Source: Bacteriovoracaceae bacterium (GTDB lineage Bacteria > Bdellovibrionota > Bacteriovoracia > Bacteriovoracales > Bacteriovoracaceae). Taken from it: 64,000 bases of DNA. The notes below the pieces were generated by a model, which saw nothing but the letters and a program-made list of their open reading frames with translations, searched no databases and was not told where the DNA came from. This document shows positions 10,091-21,031 of this stretch, one piece after another (position 1 is the first letter of the stretch; every line of letters begins with the position of its first letter). The stretch is from contig CBDEVA010000007.1 in the NCBI GenBank assembly GCA_965243505.1, forward strand, positions 206,188 to 270,187, read 5' to 3'. Both the position numbers and the translations under genes were made by a program.

Positions 10091-12085
10091 ATGCAAGCAA
10101 CTCGTGAAATTATGTGGGCAATACCTTCTGAGTATAAGACAGCAATGTATTCATTATTCGCTATAAGTTTATTTTTTATGGTAAGAGGCCTATACAAAAA
10201 AATGATATTTGTAACTGGAGAAAAAAATCCTCTATCAATAAAAAATGTGTTCCCTGATAAGTTTAATTGGCAATCTTTTTTTAAAACTATTTTCTTTGCA
10301 GGTAAAGTTAATAGGAAAAAGTATATTGCCATTGTACACGGTTTAATTTTTTATGGATTTATCATACTATGGATTGCTACAGATCTAGTTGCCATCCACT
10401 ACGATACACCATTTAAAGTATTTCAAGGTACAGTATATATAGTAATTTCATTCTTAGCTGACTTTGCAGGAATAGCTATTTTAATAGGAATATCTCTAGC
10501 TTATTGGAGAAGATATATACAAAAACCCTCTTATCTATCTGCATCAAAACCAAATCAAGAAAAATTTATGTACATAATGTTAATCGCTCTTGTTGTTTTA
10601 GGATTTGTAATAGAGGGAATAAGAATAGTAGCAAATGATATGCCTATAGGAGAAAAGACATGGGCCCCAATTGGTTGGTTAATAGCTTCATTAATGACTG
10701 ATATTGATAAAAACACCTTATTATATTCCTACAGATATCTATGGTTTATACATATGGTAAATACAATGGTCTTTATAGCATCTCTTGGATATAGCAAATT
10801 CTCTCACATGTTTATATTGCCATTTAGCTCACTAGTTACTCCCAAATACAGAGGAGCTATTTTACAACCCATGAACTTTGAAGATGAAAATGCTGAAAGC
10901 TTTGGTTTAGGTAAAATATCAGAGTTATCTGCAAAAAATAAACTAGACCTAATAGCATGTGTGGAATGTGGAAGATGCACAGAAGTTTGCCCGGCAAACT
11001 TAGCGAGCAAACCTCTTGACCCAAAACTAATAATTACCAAACTAAGAGATATCTCAGTAGATAGTAAAAATGATGTAAATTTTTGGGATGACAAGAAAAT
11101 ATACAATGATAACGAATTAGATGCCTGTACAACTTGTGGAGCGTGCATGGAAGAATGTCCTGCAAATATTGAACATATAGATATAATTATGGGAGCAAAA
11201 AGATATAAAGCTCTAACACTAGGAAGCATTCCACCAAATGCTTCAACTGCTATTAATAATATAAAAAATAATGGAAATCCATGGGGCATTTCCCAAGAGG
11301 ATAGATTTAATTGGGCCAATGAACTAGATATACCATTAATTAATACTGAAGAATATGTTGATTATCTATATTATATTGGATGTGCAGGAGCATATGATTC
11401 TTCAAATCAGAAAGTTGTAAAAGATACTATAAAATTACTAAAAAAAGCTAATGTAAAATTTGCAGTTATAGGTAAATCAGAAAAATGTAATGGAGATCCC
11501 ATAAGAAGATTTGGTGATGAATATACATTTTCAGAAATAGCTATTGAAAATATTGAACAGTTTAATAAATATAAATTTAAAACTATAATAACACATTGTC
11601 CTCATTGCTTACATACAATAGGGAAAGAATACTCCTTATTTGATAATGGAAAATTTAATGTGATCCATCACACAGAAATACTAAGCGAACTAATAAAAGA
11701 AAATAAGTTAAAACCAACCAAAGAAATTAATCAAGAGTTAACTTATCATGACCCATGTTATCTTGGGAGGCATCATGGAGAATACAATGCGCCTAGATTT
11801 ATACTAAATTCAATTCCAGGAATAAAAATAAAGGAAATGAAAAGAAATAAAGACACTTCTCTTTGTTGCGGCATGGGAGGAGGAAACATGTGGTATGAGC
11901 TATCTGAAGGAGAACATTTATCTAAAAAAAGATTAGAAGATATTTCTGAAACAAAGGCTACAAAATTAGCTAGTGCTTGCTCATATTGTCTTATAAACTT
12001 TAATTCTTCTAAGAATCAAGTTAAAGAAACAGAGAGTTTAGAAATTGAAGATATATCATCAATACTTGCAAAATCTATTGATTAA
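10091..12085 (+). CDS. membrane-anchored (Fe-S)-binding oxidoreductase, HdrD/DsrK/GlpC-like
   Basis: N-terminal multi-helix membrane domain. Two 4Fe-4S motifs, CVECGRCTEVCP and CTTCGACMEECP. CCG-type Cys-rich repeats (PCYLGRH, CCGMGGG). Confidence 0.65.
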   Translation: MQATREIMWAIPSEYKTAMYSLFAISLFFMVRGLYKKMIFVTGEKNPLSIKNVFPDKFNWQSFFKTIFFAGKVNRKKYIAIVHGLIFYGFIILWIATDLVAIHYDTPFKVFQGTVYIVISFLADFAGIAILIGISLAYWRRYIQKPSYLSASKPNQEKFMYIMLIALVVLGFVIEGIRIVANDMPIGEKTWAPIGWLIASLMTDIDKNTLLYSYRYLWFIHMVNTMVFIASLGYSKFSHMFILPFSSLVTPKYRGAILQPMNFEDENAESFGLGKISELSAKNKLDLIACVECGRCTEVCPANLASKPLDPKLIITKLRDISVDSKNDVNFWDDKKIYNDNELDACTTCGACMEECPANIEHIDIIMGAKRYKALTLGSIPPNASTAINNIKNNGNPWGISQEDRFNWANELDIPLINTEEYVDYLYYIGCAGAYDSSNQKVVKDTIKLLKKANVKFAVIGKSEKCNGDPIRRFGDEYTFSEIAIENIEQFNKYKFKTIITHCPHCLHTIGKEYSLFDNGKFNVIHHTEILSELIKENKLKPTKEINQELTYHDPCYLGRHHGEYNAPRFILNSIPGIKIKEMKRNKDTSLCCGMGGGNMWYELSEGEHLSKKRLEDISETKATKLASACSYCLINFNSSKNQVKETESLEIEDISSILAKSID

Positions 12086-13961
12086 AAGAGCTTTATACTC
12101 TTTTATCATAATTTTTACTGTAATAACACCAGCTCATTCTAGTGAAGAAGACAATAATATTGGAATAATTGAATCTATTGAAGCTATTTTAGATATACAC
12201 AAAAAACAAATTAAAAATATTGAAAAAAAGATAGAAGACAACAAAAAAAATATAGACAATAAACAACAATTTAAAATAAATCCTATTTTTATGCTATCTA
12301 TTTTATTTCACTCTGATCCTGGATTCATTTCCTTAATAAAGAATAAAGATTGTAGCTTTTATTCATTATTAAATAACGGCTTAATAAAATATTCATCAGG
12401 TTCCATAAATCATTTGCTTATTGATATAACTAATAAAGATAATAAGGAACAAACAATTAGAGTAGATTCAAACAAATTTATAAACTATATACATAATACT
12501 AAATGTATAAAAGATAAAAATATATCTAGATCTTTTAGAATAAATAATATAGGTAATATCTTCAACCAAATATCATTTACTATTCCTAAAACAAATAAAG
12601 AGTGTTCAAAAATAATGAATTCTTGGAAAAATAGTATATATTTACCTTATTTATGCAAAATACCTAAATATATTGATATGGCAGAAAATTATAAAAATAA
12701 TATATACACCGATACAGTAAAACAACAATACGCCAGCAGTATAGTAGACACTGCTAGTTTATACAAAGAGCAGCTATCTATATTTAAGAGAATATACTTA
12801 AAAAATCTCTGCTCTTCTCTAATCAATACAGCAAGATTTTGTTCTAGTTATATAGAAGATAGTCTATGGAATAATATTATTACAGGAGAAAAACCAAAAT
12901 ATCTAATAGAGCATAAATGCAAAAATATATTTAATAAAAAAAAGCTAACATTAAATGAAATAAAATCATGTTCTGCCATATTAAAATCTAATCCTAAAAT
13001 ATGCATATCCAGAGGAACTAAAAACAAGCCATCTTTCTTTCCTATGACAAATTGTAGAACTATAGGACAAGCACTTAAAGAAAGTAATCTAAAAACTAAT
13101 TATCATGACTGTCCAGGAAATATTGATCATCACGGCATGACTAACATCTACAGAATTATAAGACATATATCTAAAGATAAAATTGACAATTCTAATATGT
13201 GCTACAGTAATACTAACTATATATTTTCTAAACTAATACAAGAAGAAGACATATGGGATTTAAAAGTATGTTACTTTGACAGCATTATAAAAGAAAAAGT
13301 ATGTAAGCCATATGTACCAGGAAGTAACAAATCAGAAATTTCTGAAGATAAAGTTATATCAGAGGCAATTATGCGATTTCATAAATTAAAAATTAACCCT
13401 AAATGTAAAATAATAAATGAAAAAGAATATAATCCACTATTATTAAAATATAAAGTAGGATGTTTTGTATTAATAAACCCTGAAACATGTACTACTACTA
13501 CATGTAAAAAAAAGATTATATATGACACAAGACTTATAACTGGAATAAAATATAAAGGTTCACCTTCTTTTAAATATGTACATAGCAGTTTTTCTAATAA
13601 GAAAAAATCTATAAAGTCTATATTAGATGAAACCTACAATATAAAAACTATTGCTATAAAAAATGCTGTTAAATTAAAATCTTTTTTAAAGGACAGCAAA
13701 AAAATAATACATGGAATAGGTTGTGCTGAAGATATTCTACCTAGATTTTTTAAAAGAAGAACTATAAACCAATGTAATCCACTTCCATTTATACTAGATG
13801 GCATAAAAAGCAACTTAAAAGAGGATCTTATTGTAATAAGGACATCTATAGAAGATATTCATTCTCCAAGACTAACAAACTGGAGTAATTTATTTAATTC
13901 TGTAAAAAATTATTCTGAAAATCATCCTTTAAAACTATGGACATTATATGGTATTAATTAA
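12045..13961 (+). CDS. secreted Cys-rich protein, unknown function
   Basis: Signal peptide LYSFIIIFTVITPAHS. Many spaced Cys. No recognised domain. Confidence 0.4.
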   Translation: MKIYHQYLQNLLIKRALYSFIIIFTVITPAHSSEEDNNIGIIESIEAILDIHKKQIKNIEKKIEDNKKNIDNKQQFKINPIFMLSILFHSDPGFISLIKNKDCSFYSLLNNGLIKYSSGSINHLLIDITNKDNKEQTIRVDSNKFINYIHNTKCIKDKNISRSFRINNIGNIFNQISFTIPKTNKECSKIMNSWKNSIYLPYLCKIPKYIDMAENYKNNIYTDTVKQQYASSIVDTASLYKEQLSIFKRIYLKNLCSSLINTARFCSSYIEDSLWNNIITGEKPKYLIEHKCKNIFNKKKLTLNEIKSCSAILKSNPKICISRGTKNKPSFFPMTNCRTIGQALKESNLKTNYHDCPGNIDHHGMTNIYRIIRHISKDKIDNSNMCYSNTNYIFSKLIQEEDIWDLKVCYFDSIIKEKVCKPYVPGSNKSEISEDKVISEAIMRFHKLKINPKCKIINEKEYNPLLLKYKVGCFVLINPETCTTTTCKKKIIYDTRLITGIKYKGSPSFKYVHSSFSNKKKSIKSILDETYNIKTIAIKNAVKLKSFLKDSKKIIHGIGCAEDILPRFFKRRTINQCNPLPFILDGIKSNLKEDLIVIRTSIEDIHSPRLTNWSNLFNSVKNYSENHPLKLWTLYGIN

Positions 13962-14970
13962 ATATATAGTATTATTATCTACATTATTCTATAATACAAT
14001 TTATGGAAAAAGTAATTTACCTAAACTAATTACCAAACAAGAATTAAATAAGATTAGATTCATATCTAATACTGGAAAATTTACTTATTACCAAAATAGA
14101 AGTGGAGAATTAATGTTTTCCACTAATTACTCAGTGAAAGTGGCCTTAAAGGGCAATAAGAATACAAACTACAATGTCTATTCTTCATATAATAAAAAGA
14201 AAAATATAATAACAAAGAATGAAAAATTTCATTCTATCTACAATATAAGAATATCCAAAGAGATATATGTTTCTGATTATGGAATTAACAATGCAAAATT
14301 CATATCAAAAGGATTATCTCCTAAATTGCATCTTAATGATCAATGGATTACTTATTATGATAGTTATACCAATAAGCTATATGTACAAGATATTAAAAAT
14401 AGCATAATTAAATATAATATTAAAATATCTAATAAAAAAAATCCTTTCTTTATCCCTGATGTAGCAATGTTAAATGAAAATACTATATTATTTACAGATC
14501 TTGATAATGAAGGGAATTCATATATAACATCATACAACCTAACTAATAAGAAACCTTCAGTTTACTATAAACCAAAAAGATTATCATCTAAGATAGAATT
14601 ATGTAAGTATAAAAACAACTTATTTATAGGTGTATTTGGACTGGATAATATATATAAAGGCTCTCATATAATTAAAGAAGGTATATTAAATAATAAGAAA
14701 AATATAATATATTCTTCCAAATTAAATGATATTGGAAATATTATTTGCAATAAAAATGATATTATTTACTTTATTAAAAGAACTAATAAAGATAGAATGC
14801 AATATGAGGTAGTAGGATTATATAATAACAAGGTAAATATATTAAGTGATCTACTATATGCAACTCAAATCATAGATATGGATGGTAAAATATTATTGCC
14901 ATTTAATGGTGAATATTATGTTATCGAAGGCAAGAGTGATACAAGTAAAGTAGATTTAATAAAGAAATAA
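13948..14970 (+). CDS. secreted protein, unknown function (possibly beta-propeller-like)
   Basis: Signal peptide IVLLSTLFYNTIYG. Repetitive beta-rich composition. No motif recognised. Confidence 0.35.
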   Translation: MVLIKYIVLLSTLFYNTIYGKSNLPKLITKQELNKIRFISNTGKFTYYQNRSGELMFSTNYSVKVALKGNKNTNYNVYSSYNKKKNIITKNEKFHSIYNIRISKEIYVSDYGINNAKFISKGLSPKLHLNDQWITYYDSYTNKLYVQDIKNSIIKYNIKISNKKNPFFIPDVAMLNENTILFTDLDNEGNSYITSYNLTNKKPSVYYKPKRLSSKIELCKYKNNLFIGVFGLDNIYKGSHIIKEGILNNKKNIIYSSKLNDIGNIICNKNDIIYFIKRTNKDRMQYEVVGLYNNKVNILSDLLYATQIIDMDGKILLPFNGEYYVIEGKSDTSKVDLIKK

Positions 14971-14971
14971 T

Positions 14972-15811
14972 ATGAGATATTTATTAATAATATTTATTAT
15001 ACCATTATCATTTAAAGCAATGTCAATTAATAAGATTATATTACCCTCTAATGAACTCCCAATGGAATTATCATTTATAATTGAATCTATTCAAAAGTAT
15101 AATCTAGATAAAAAAGAAATAAAATTTATTGAAAATACAATTACTCAAATTGACAAAAATTTTTCTCTAATGGAGAAAGGAGAAATATTCTTTTTATCAA
15201 AATCAGAAATATATAAATCAATTTTAAGTAATACACCGGAATATTCCATAAAAAAAGAATCCCTTGAAGAAACCATAAATAAACTTAAAACAGCAATAAA
15301 AAATAAAAATAGTAATAAGAAGTTTACATTATGGATAATGCAATCAATCCTAAAAGATTTAAAAAATATTATTGACAATAAAAAATCAAAAACAAGTAAA
15401 AACAAAACCAACTTTATATTAAAATGGTGTCAAGCAATCATATTAGAAGACACTAAACAATTAGAAAGAAGAATAAAAAATATTATTAAAATCTCCTTAA
15501 AAAAGATTAATGATTATAGCAATATCTTTACTACTTTATCTAAAGATAAATCCAAAACTAAAAAAGAATTAATATATTTTCAAATAAAAGAAAAAAAAGA
15601 AGACATGACTAATAAAATAAAAACAGAAAAAATTCTTGAACCTGTAATAAAAAATTACAGTAGCAATAAGATACCATTACCTGTAAACGATTGGGATCTT
15701 AATGAAGCAGATTTTTCTAAATCAATCTCCCCTGTTAATATTATTAAACCAAATAATTATTATAAATCATCAATATTACCTATTCCTACAAACGATTGGA
15801 AATTAGAATGA
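14972..15811 (+). CDS. secreted Lys-rich protein, unknown function
   Basis: Signal peptide MRYLLIIFIIPLSFKA. Repeated C-terminal element (P)LPVNDWDL / LPIPTNDWKL. Confidence 0.35.
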   Translation: MRYLLIIFIIPLSFKAMSINKIILPSNELPMELSFIIESIQKYNLDKKEIKFIENTITQIDKNFSLMEKGEIFFLSKSEIYKSILSNTPEYSIKKESLEETINKLKTAIKNKNSNKKFTLWIMQSILKDLKNIIDNKKSKTSKNKTNFILKWCQAIILEDTKQLERRIKNIIKISLKKINDYSNIFTTLSKDKSKTKKELIYFQIKEKKEDMTNKIKTEKILEPVIKNYSSNKIPLPVNDWDLNEADFSKSISPVNIIKPNNYYKSSILPIPTNDWKLE

Positions 15812-15861
15812 CAAAGTTGTATTATATTGACATTAAGCATATAAAAGAGTATCCGTAAAAC

Positions 15862-17175
15862 ATGAAAATAAAAAAATATCCTTATAAGGGAACTAGGGAT
15901 CTTTTTCCAAAAGAAAAAAGAATTCAAGATTATATATTTAACAAAATGGAATTAGCTTCAAAATTATTTGGGTATGAAAATTACACAGGACCTCTACTAG
16001 AAGAATTAAATCTGTACAAAGCAAAATCAGGCCAAGAGTTGTCTGAAGAGCAAGTTTATAATTTTATAGATAAAGGAGATCGTGAAGTAGTTATTAGACC
16101 TGAAATGACTCCAACATTAGCTAGAATGATCTCTCAAATTTATAAAGAAGAAGTAAAACCAATACGCTGGTATACTATTTGTAATTTAATGAGATATGAA
16201 AATCCTCAAAAAGGAAGACTTAGAGAGCATTGGCAATTAAACTGTGATATATTTGGAGCTCCTATAATATATGGAGAATTGGAAATATTACAAATTTTAA
16301 TACACTTATTAGAAAGTTTAGGTGCAACTCAAGAACATTTTGAATGCCTAGTAAATTCAAGAAAAATCACTAATGTAGTTATAAAAGAAATGATGAATTT
16401 AGATAAAAATCACAAAGAGGAATTATATAAAATAATTGACAAGGCAAAAAAGATATCAAAAGAAGATTTTAAAAAAAGTATTAATAAACTTTCCTTATCA
16501 GAAAAAGAAAGTAATATATTAAAAGAATACTTAAATTTAAATAAATTTACTGATGTAATTAATTTTCTAAATAAAAACAATTACAATGAAATAGCAGAAG
16601 AAATTAAAAAGTTTTCAAATGCAATAGAATCATCTTATATAGGTAAATATATAAAATATGACCCTACTATTGTAAGGGGTATAGCTTATTATACTGGATT
16701 TGTTTTTGAACTTTATGATAAGCACCCTGAAAATAAAAGAGCCATATGTGGTGGCGGTACTTATGATAATTTATTAGAAATATTTGGAGAAGGACCACTT
16801 AATGGAGTAGGGTTTGGTATGGGAGATGTTGTAATAACAGATTTTCTTAATACTCATAATTTATTACCAAATATGGACAAACCTAATAACGATATATATA
16901 TCTCTTTTCAAGTAGATAATGCTTTAGAGGCCTCTATTAAACTAGCAAATGAACTTAGGAAAAAAGAAATTTATGTAATTATTAATTATAGTAAAAGCAA
17001 AAGAGATAAAGCATTAAAAAATGCAAGAAAAAAAGCTAAATTCATTGCTATGATTGATGAAAAAGAAATAGAAAAAGATTCAGTAGTAATACAAGAACTA
17101 TCATCTAATAATCAAATAACTCTTCTACTTAATGATCTTAACAAAATAGTAAAATTTATAAGGCATGGCAGTTGA
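15862..17175 (+). CDS. hisS: histidine--tRNA ligase
   Basis: Class II motifs: GTRDLFP, RYENPQKGRLREHWQ, GGGTYDNL. Confidence 0.9.
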   Translation: MKIKKYPYKGTRDLFPKEKRIQDYIFNKMELASKLFGYENYTGPLLEELNLYKAKSGQELSEEQVYNFIDKGDREVVIRPEMTPTLARMISQIYKEEVKPIRWYTICNLMRYENPQKGRLREHWQLNCDIFGAPIIYGELEILQILIHLLESLGATQEHFECLVNSRKITNVVIKEMMNLDKNHKEELYKIIDKAKKISKEDFKKSINKLSLSEKESNILKEYLNLNKFTDVINFLNKNNYNEIAEEIKKFSNAIESSYIGKYIKYDPTIVRGIAYYTGFVFELYDKHPENKRAICGGGTYDNLLEIFGEGPLNGVGFGMGDVVITDFLNTHNLLPNMDKPNNDIYISFQVDNALEASIKLANELRKKEIYVIINYSKSKRDKALKNARKKAKFIAMIDEKEIEKDSVVIQELSSNNQITLLLNDLNKIVKFIRHGS

Positions 17176-19828
17176 AATTAACAAACAATACTCACCCAAA
17201 GAAATAGAATCCAAATGGTATTCTATTTGGGAAGATAATAATTGCTTTAAACCTAAAGAAGGCAAAAAAAAGGAATCATATTGCATAATAATGCCACCTC
17301 CTAACATTACCGGAAAATTACATATAGGCCATGCTTTAAATTTTACCATTCAAGATACATTAATAAGGCATAAAAGGATGCAAGGATATGAAACATTATG
17401 GATACCAGGAACAGATCATGCAGGAATAGCTACCCAAAGTGTAGTTGAAAAAATTGTACAAGAAAAAGAAGGGAAAATTAGACTAGAATATGACAGAGAA
17501 GACTTTATTAAGAAAATATGGCAATGGAAAGAAAAATATAATGAAATTATTACCAATCAACTTAAAAAAATAGGAGTATCTTCTGACTGGAATTACTACA
17601 AATTTACTATGGATGATGATGCTAATGAAGCTGTAAAATCAGTATTTGTAAGATTGTATAATGAGGGTTTTATATATCAAGCAGACTATATAGTTAATTG
17701 GGATACTAAGTTAAAATCAGCAATATCTGATATAGAGGTTGAATATAAAGAACTTCAAGGAAATTTTTATCATATAAAATATTTTATTAAGGAAAACAAT
17801 GATCAATATCTTGAAGTTGCTACTACTAGACCAGAAACATTATTAGGAGATACAGCAGTGGCTGTACACCCAGCAGATGAAAGATTTAACAAATTAATAG
17901 GAAAAACTGCAATAGTACCAATATGCAATAGAGAGGTTCCAATTATTGCAGATGAATATGTAGATATAGAAAAAGGTACCGGATGCTTAAAAGTAACTCC
18001 TGGACACGACTTTAATGATTTTAATATAGGAAAAAGACATAATCTTCCTATAATGAACATTATAAATGAAGATGGTTCACTAAATGATTATGGCCTACAA
18101 TTTAAAGGAATAAATATACAAGAATCAAGAAAACCATTAGTAGAAGAACTAAAAAAGAACAACCTCTTAATAGCAGTTAATCCTCACACCCATCAAGTAG
18201 GTCATGGAGAAAGATCAAAATCTATAATTGAACCAATGGTATCAAAACAATGGTTTTTAAAAACAGAAGATATGTCAAGAATGGCTATTAATGCTGTAGA
18301 AACAAATAAAACTAAAATTATTCCTAAAAATTGGGAAAATAACTTTTATTCATGGCTAAGGGAACCAAGAGATTGGTGTATTTCTAGGCAATTATGGTGG
18401 GGACATAGAATACCCATATTTTACTGTAACTCATGTAATTATCAATGGGCCTCTACTTATATAGAAACAGAATGTCCTAAATGTCACTCCAAAAAAGTTA
18501 AACAAGATCCTGATGTCTTAGATACGTGGTTTAGTTCAGCCCTTTGGCCAATGAGTACTTTAGGTTGGCCAGATAAAAAAACAATGGAAAAAAAAGGTAT
18601 GCATAAATTTTTTCCAACAACATCGCTAATAACTGGATTTGACATAATATTTTTTTGGGTAGCAAGAATGATGATGATGTCTCTAAAATTTGCAAAAAAA
18701 ATTCCATTTAAAGATATATATCTACATGCAATTATTAGAGATAAATTTGGTAGAAAAATGAGCAAATCTTTAGGTAATGGAATAGATCCTATTGATGTTA
18801 TAAATGAATATGGTGCAGATGCCTTAAGACTAATATTAATATCTAATTCTGGATATAATAGAACAATTAATATTGACATAGAAAAAATAAAAGATCATAG
18901 GAATTTTATAAATAAAATATGGAATGCGTTTAGATTTTTATATCCATACCTAGATAATAGTGATAAAGAATTAAAAAATATAAGATTATTAACTCAAGAT
19001 GAAAGATGGATCATATCAGAACTAAATCATACAATTAAAGAAGTTAATAACTCCATTAATATATATAGATTTGATGATGCATGTTTAGCTATATATAACT
19101 TTGTATATGATAAATTCTGTTCTTGGTTTATAGAATTATCAAAACAAATTCTACAAGGTTCAGAACTTATTAAAAAAAATCAAAGGGCAACTATATTAAA
19201 ATTTACACTAAAGAAAATAATGGCATTATTACATCCCTTTATTCCGCATGTAACTGAAGAAATATGGAAACACATAAAAGATTCTGATGATGAATTATTA
19301 ATTATACATGACTTCCCTGAATATAATGAACAGTTTGAGTTTGTAGAAGAGCAAGAATTAATGAATAACCTAATAGAAATTATAACCACTATTAGAAATC
19401 TTAGAGCTATTGTAGGTGTTAAACCTAAGCATAATGTTAATGTTGAGATTTTCTCAAAGGAACAATATATAAAGTCTTTCTTAAACAGTAGGAAAGATGA
19501 TCTGCTGACTCAAGGCAAATTAAAAAATGTATTTATAAGAGATATATTAGAAGATAGACCAAAAAAATCTATAATGAAACCTACAAAAAACACTGAAATA
19601 TTTCTTTTAATAGATGAAAATATAAACATAGAAGAAAAAATAAATCATCTAAATAATGATCGTATTAAACTATTAAAAGAATTTGAAAAATATGATAAAA
19701 AATTATTAAATGAAAAATTTATAAAAAATGCAAAACCAACTGTTATAGAAGAAGTAAAACAAAAACATCTAGAAATAAAAAATAAATTATTATCTATTGA
19801 TAATAATCTTGATATGCTAAAATCTTAA
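17165..19828 (+). CDS. valS: valine--tRNA ligase
   Basis: HIGH-type PPPNITGKLHIGHAL, KMSKSLGN, a C-terminal coiled coil, and 887 aa length. Confidence 0.95.
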   Translation: MAVEINKQYSPKEIESKWYSIWEDNNCFKPKEGKKKESYCIIMPPPNITGKLHIGHALNFTIQDTLIRHKRMQGYETLWIPGTDHAGIATQSVVEKIVQEKEGKIRLEYDREDFIKKIWQWKEKYNEIITNQLKKIGVSSDWNYYKFTMDDDANEAVKSVFVRLYNEGFIYQADYIVNWDTKLKSAISDIEVEYKELQGNFYHIKYFIKENNDQYLEVATTRPETLLGDTAVAVHPADERFNKLIGKTAIVPICNREVPIIADEYVDIEKGTGCLKVTPGHDFNDFNIGKRHNLPIMNIINEDGSLNDYGLQFKGINIQESRKPLVEELKKNNLLIAVNPHTHQVGHGERSKSIIEPMVSKQWFLKTEDMSRMAINAVETNKTKIIPKNWENNFYSWLREPRDWCISRQLWWGHRIPIFYCNSCNYQWASTYIETECPKCHSKKVKQDPDVLDTWFSSALWPMSTLGWPDKKTMEKKGMHKFFPTTSLITGFDIIFFWVARMMMMSLKFAKKIPFKDIYLHAIIRDKFGRKMSKSLGNGIDPIDVINEYGADALRLILISNSGYNRTINIDIEKIKDHRNFINKIWNAFRFLYPYLDNSDKELKNIRLLTQDERWIISELNHTIKEVNNSINIYRFDDACLAIYNFVYDKFCSWFIELSKQILQGSELIKKNQRATILKFTLKKIMALLHPFIPHVTEEIWKHIKDSDDELLIIHDFPEYNEQFEFVEEQELMNNLIEIITTIRNLRAIVGVKPKHNVNVEIFSKEQYIKSFLNSRKDDLLTQGKLKNVFIRDILEDRPKKSIMKPTKNTEIFLLIDENINIEEKINHLNNDRIKLLKEFEKYDKKLLNEKFIKNAKPTVIEEVKQKHLEIKNKLLSIDNNLDMLKS

Positions 19829-20514
19829 ATTTCTAATTCTAAATATAAAACTGTAAAATAACTTACTCCAAAAGAAGGAATAATTAAATTTATTATAGGA
19901 ATTGTATTTACAAGTAAAAATAACACCCCTGCCACGGTATAAATCAAATAATTAGATTTGGTATTTTTAAAGCATTGGCTAAATGTTAACTTCTTTCTAC
20001 TCCAAGAGTAATCAATAAATTCAATAGTAAATAATATAGAAAATCCTAAAAAAGATAAAATAGATAATAAAGGTATGTATCCAAATAACAAAAAAATACA
20101 GGAAATTAATAAAATAAAAAGAATCTTTTTTATTTCTGTGATAAAAATAATTCCTATTTTTGAAATGCTACATGTATCTAAAGCTCTACTACCAGAATAA
20201 ACGCTTTCAACTTTTTGACTAATTATATCTAAGAATGGACATGATATTAAATTAACAATAAAAACAAATGTCAAATTAATTAAATACAAATAAATTATAA
20301 TAAAAACCCATTTAAAAATAGATCCAAATATACCACTACTCACATTATCAATAAAACTACTAGAATATTCATATGCCCATACTCCTAAAAAATAATATAA
20401 AAATATCCCTATAATTAATGGAACTAAAGAATATAATATAATTGTTTTATCTTTTTTATAAATAGATAAAGTTAATTTGTATGCCTTAAATATTTTACTT
20501 ATAAATCCTCCCAT
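19825..20514 (-). CDS. multi-pass membrane protein (EI24/CysZ-like?)
   Basis: Several hydrophobic helices. The family assignment is only an impression. Confidence 0.35.
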   Translation of the reverse strand: MGGFISKIFKAYKLTLSIYKKDKTIILYSLVPLIIGIFLYYFLGVWAYEYSSSFIDNVSSGIFGSIFKWVFIIIYLYLINLTFVFIVNLISCPFLDIISQKVESVYSGSRALDTCSISKIGIIFITEIKKILFILLISCIFLLFGYIPLLSILSFLGFSILFTIEFIDYSWSRKKLTFSQCFKNTKSNYLIYTVAGVLFLLVNTIPIINLIIPSFGVSYFTVLYLELEI

Positions 20515-20915
20515 TTATAAGGATCGGGAAAATTAAAATTAAATAATAATTTAAAATCTTCTAAATTAGGGTCATTTGGTATATTATAAACTAGTTCTTT
20601 AAAAGATTTCCAATTTAAATAATTTTCTAATAAACTTGTCTCAACATCATATTGTTCACATTTATTTAATTTATCCTTAGCTTTTAATATCATTCCTGCT
20701 GCCCCTAACAATTTACCATCTCTATAATGTATTAATGAAGCAGCAACTTGAATAATGGCCCAATAAACATTGCGAACTTGGTCAGTTCTATTTTCAAGCC
20801 AATGATCTTCTAAGACCTCATGGCATTCCCAATATTTCTTTTTATTAAATAGCAAGATACCTTCTTTAACCTTAGCTAAGTGCTTTTTGGAAAATTTTCC
20901 ATATTCTTCTTTCAT
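20499..20915 (-). CDS. DUF309-like protein
   Basis: YWECHEVLEDHW motif, typical of DUF309. Confidence 0.5.
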   Translation of the reverse strand: MKEEYGKFSKKHLAKVKEGILLFNKKKYWECHEVLEDHWLENRTDQVRNVYWAIIQVAASLIHYRDGKLLGAAGMILKAKDKLNKCEQYDVETSLLENYLNWKSFKELVYNIPNDPNLEDFKLLFNFNFPDPYKWEDL

Positions 20916-21031
20916 AACATTTATTATGCTATGCGCACATGACTAAACTCTATAAATGTGGCATATAAAGTCAAATATATATCAAAACATATGTAGTTAG
21001 AAAAGCTATTGATATAATAGGATTTAATAAT

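Noticed and set aside
10804-11319. 171-aa ORF antisense to the Fe-S oxidoreductase gene. Similar track ORFs are 10060-10332, 17803-18060, 18484-18879, 19180-19389, 21356-22077, 31015-31311, 32028-32691, 39663-39899, 41397-41633, 42825-43037, 43580-43795, 45224-45412, 46662-46859, 52628-52864, 56577-57724, 58523-58795 and 62605-62823.
   Set aside because: Each lies fully inside, or mostly overlaps, a longer ORF on the other strand that has clear family motifs. Their translations are low-complexity with no motifs. These are typical shadow ORFs in AT-rich DNA.
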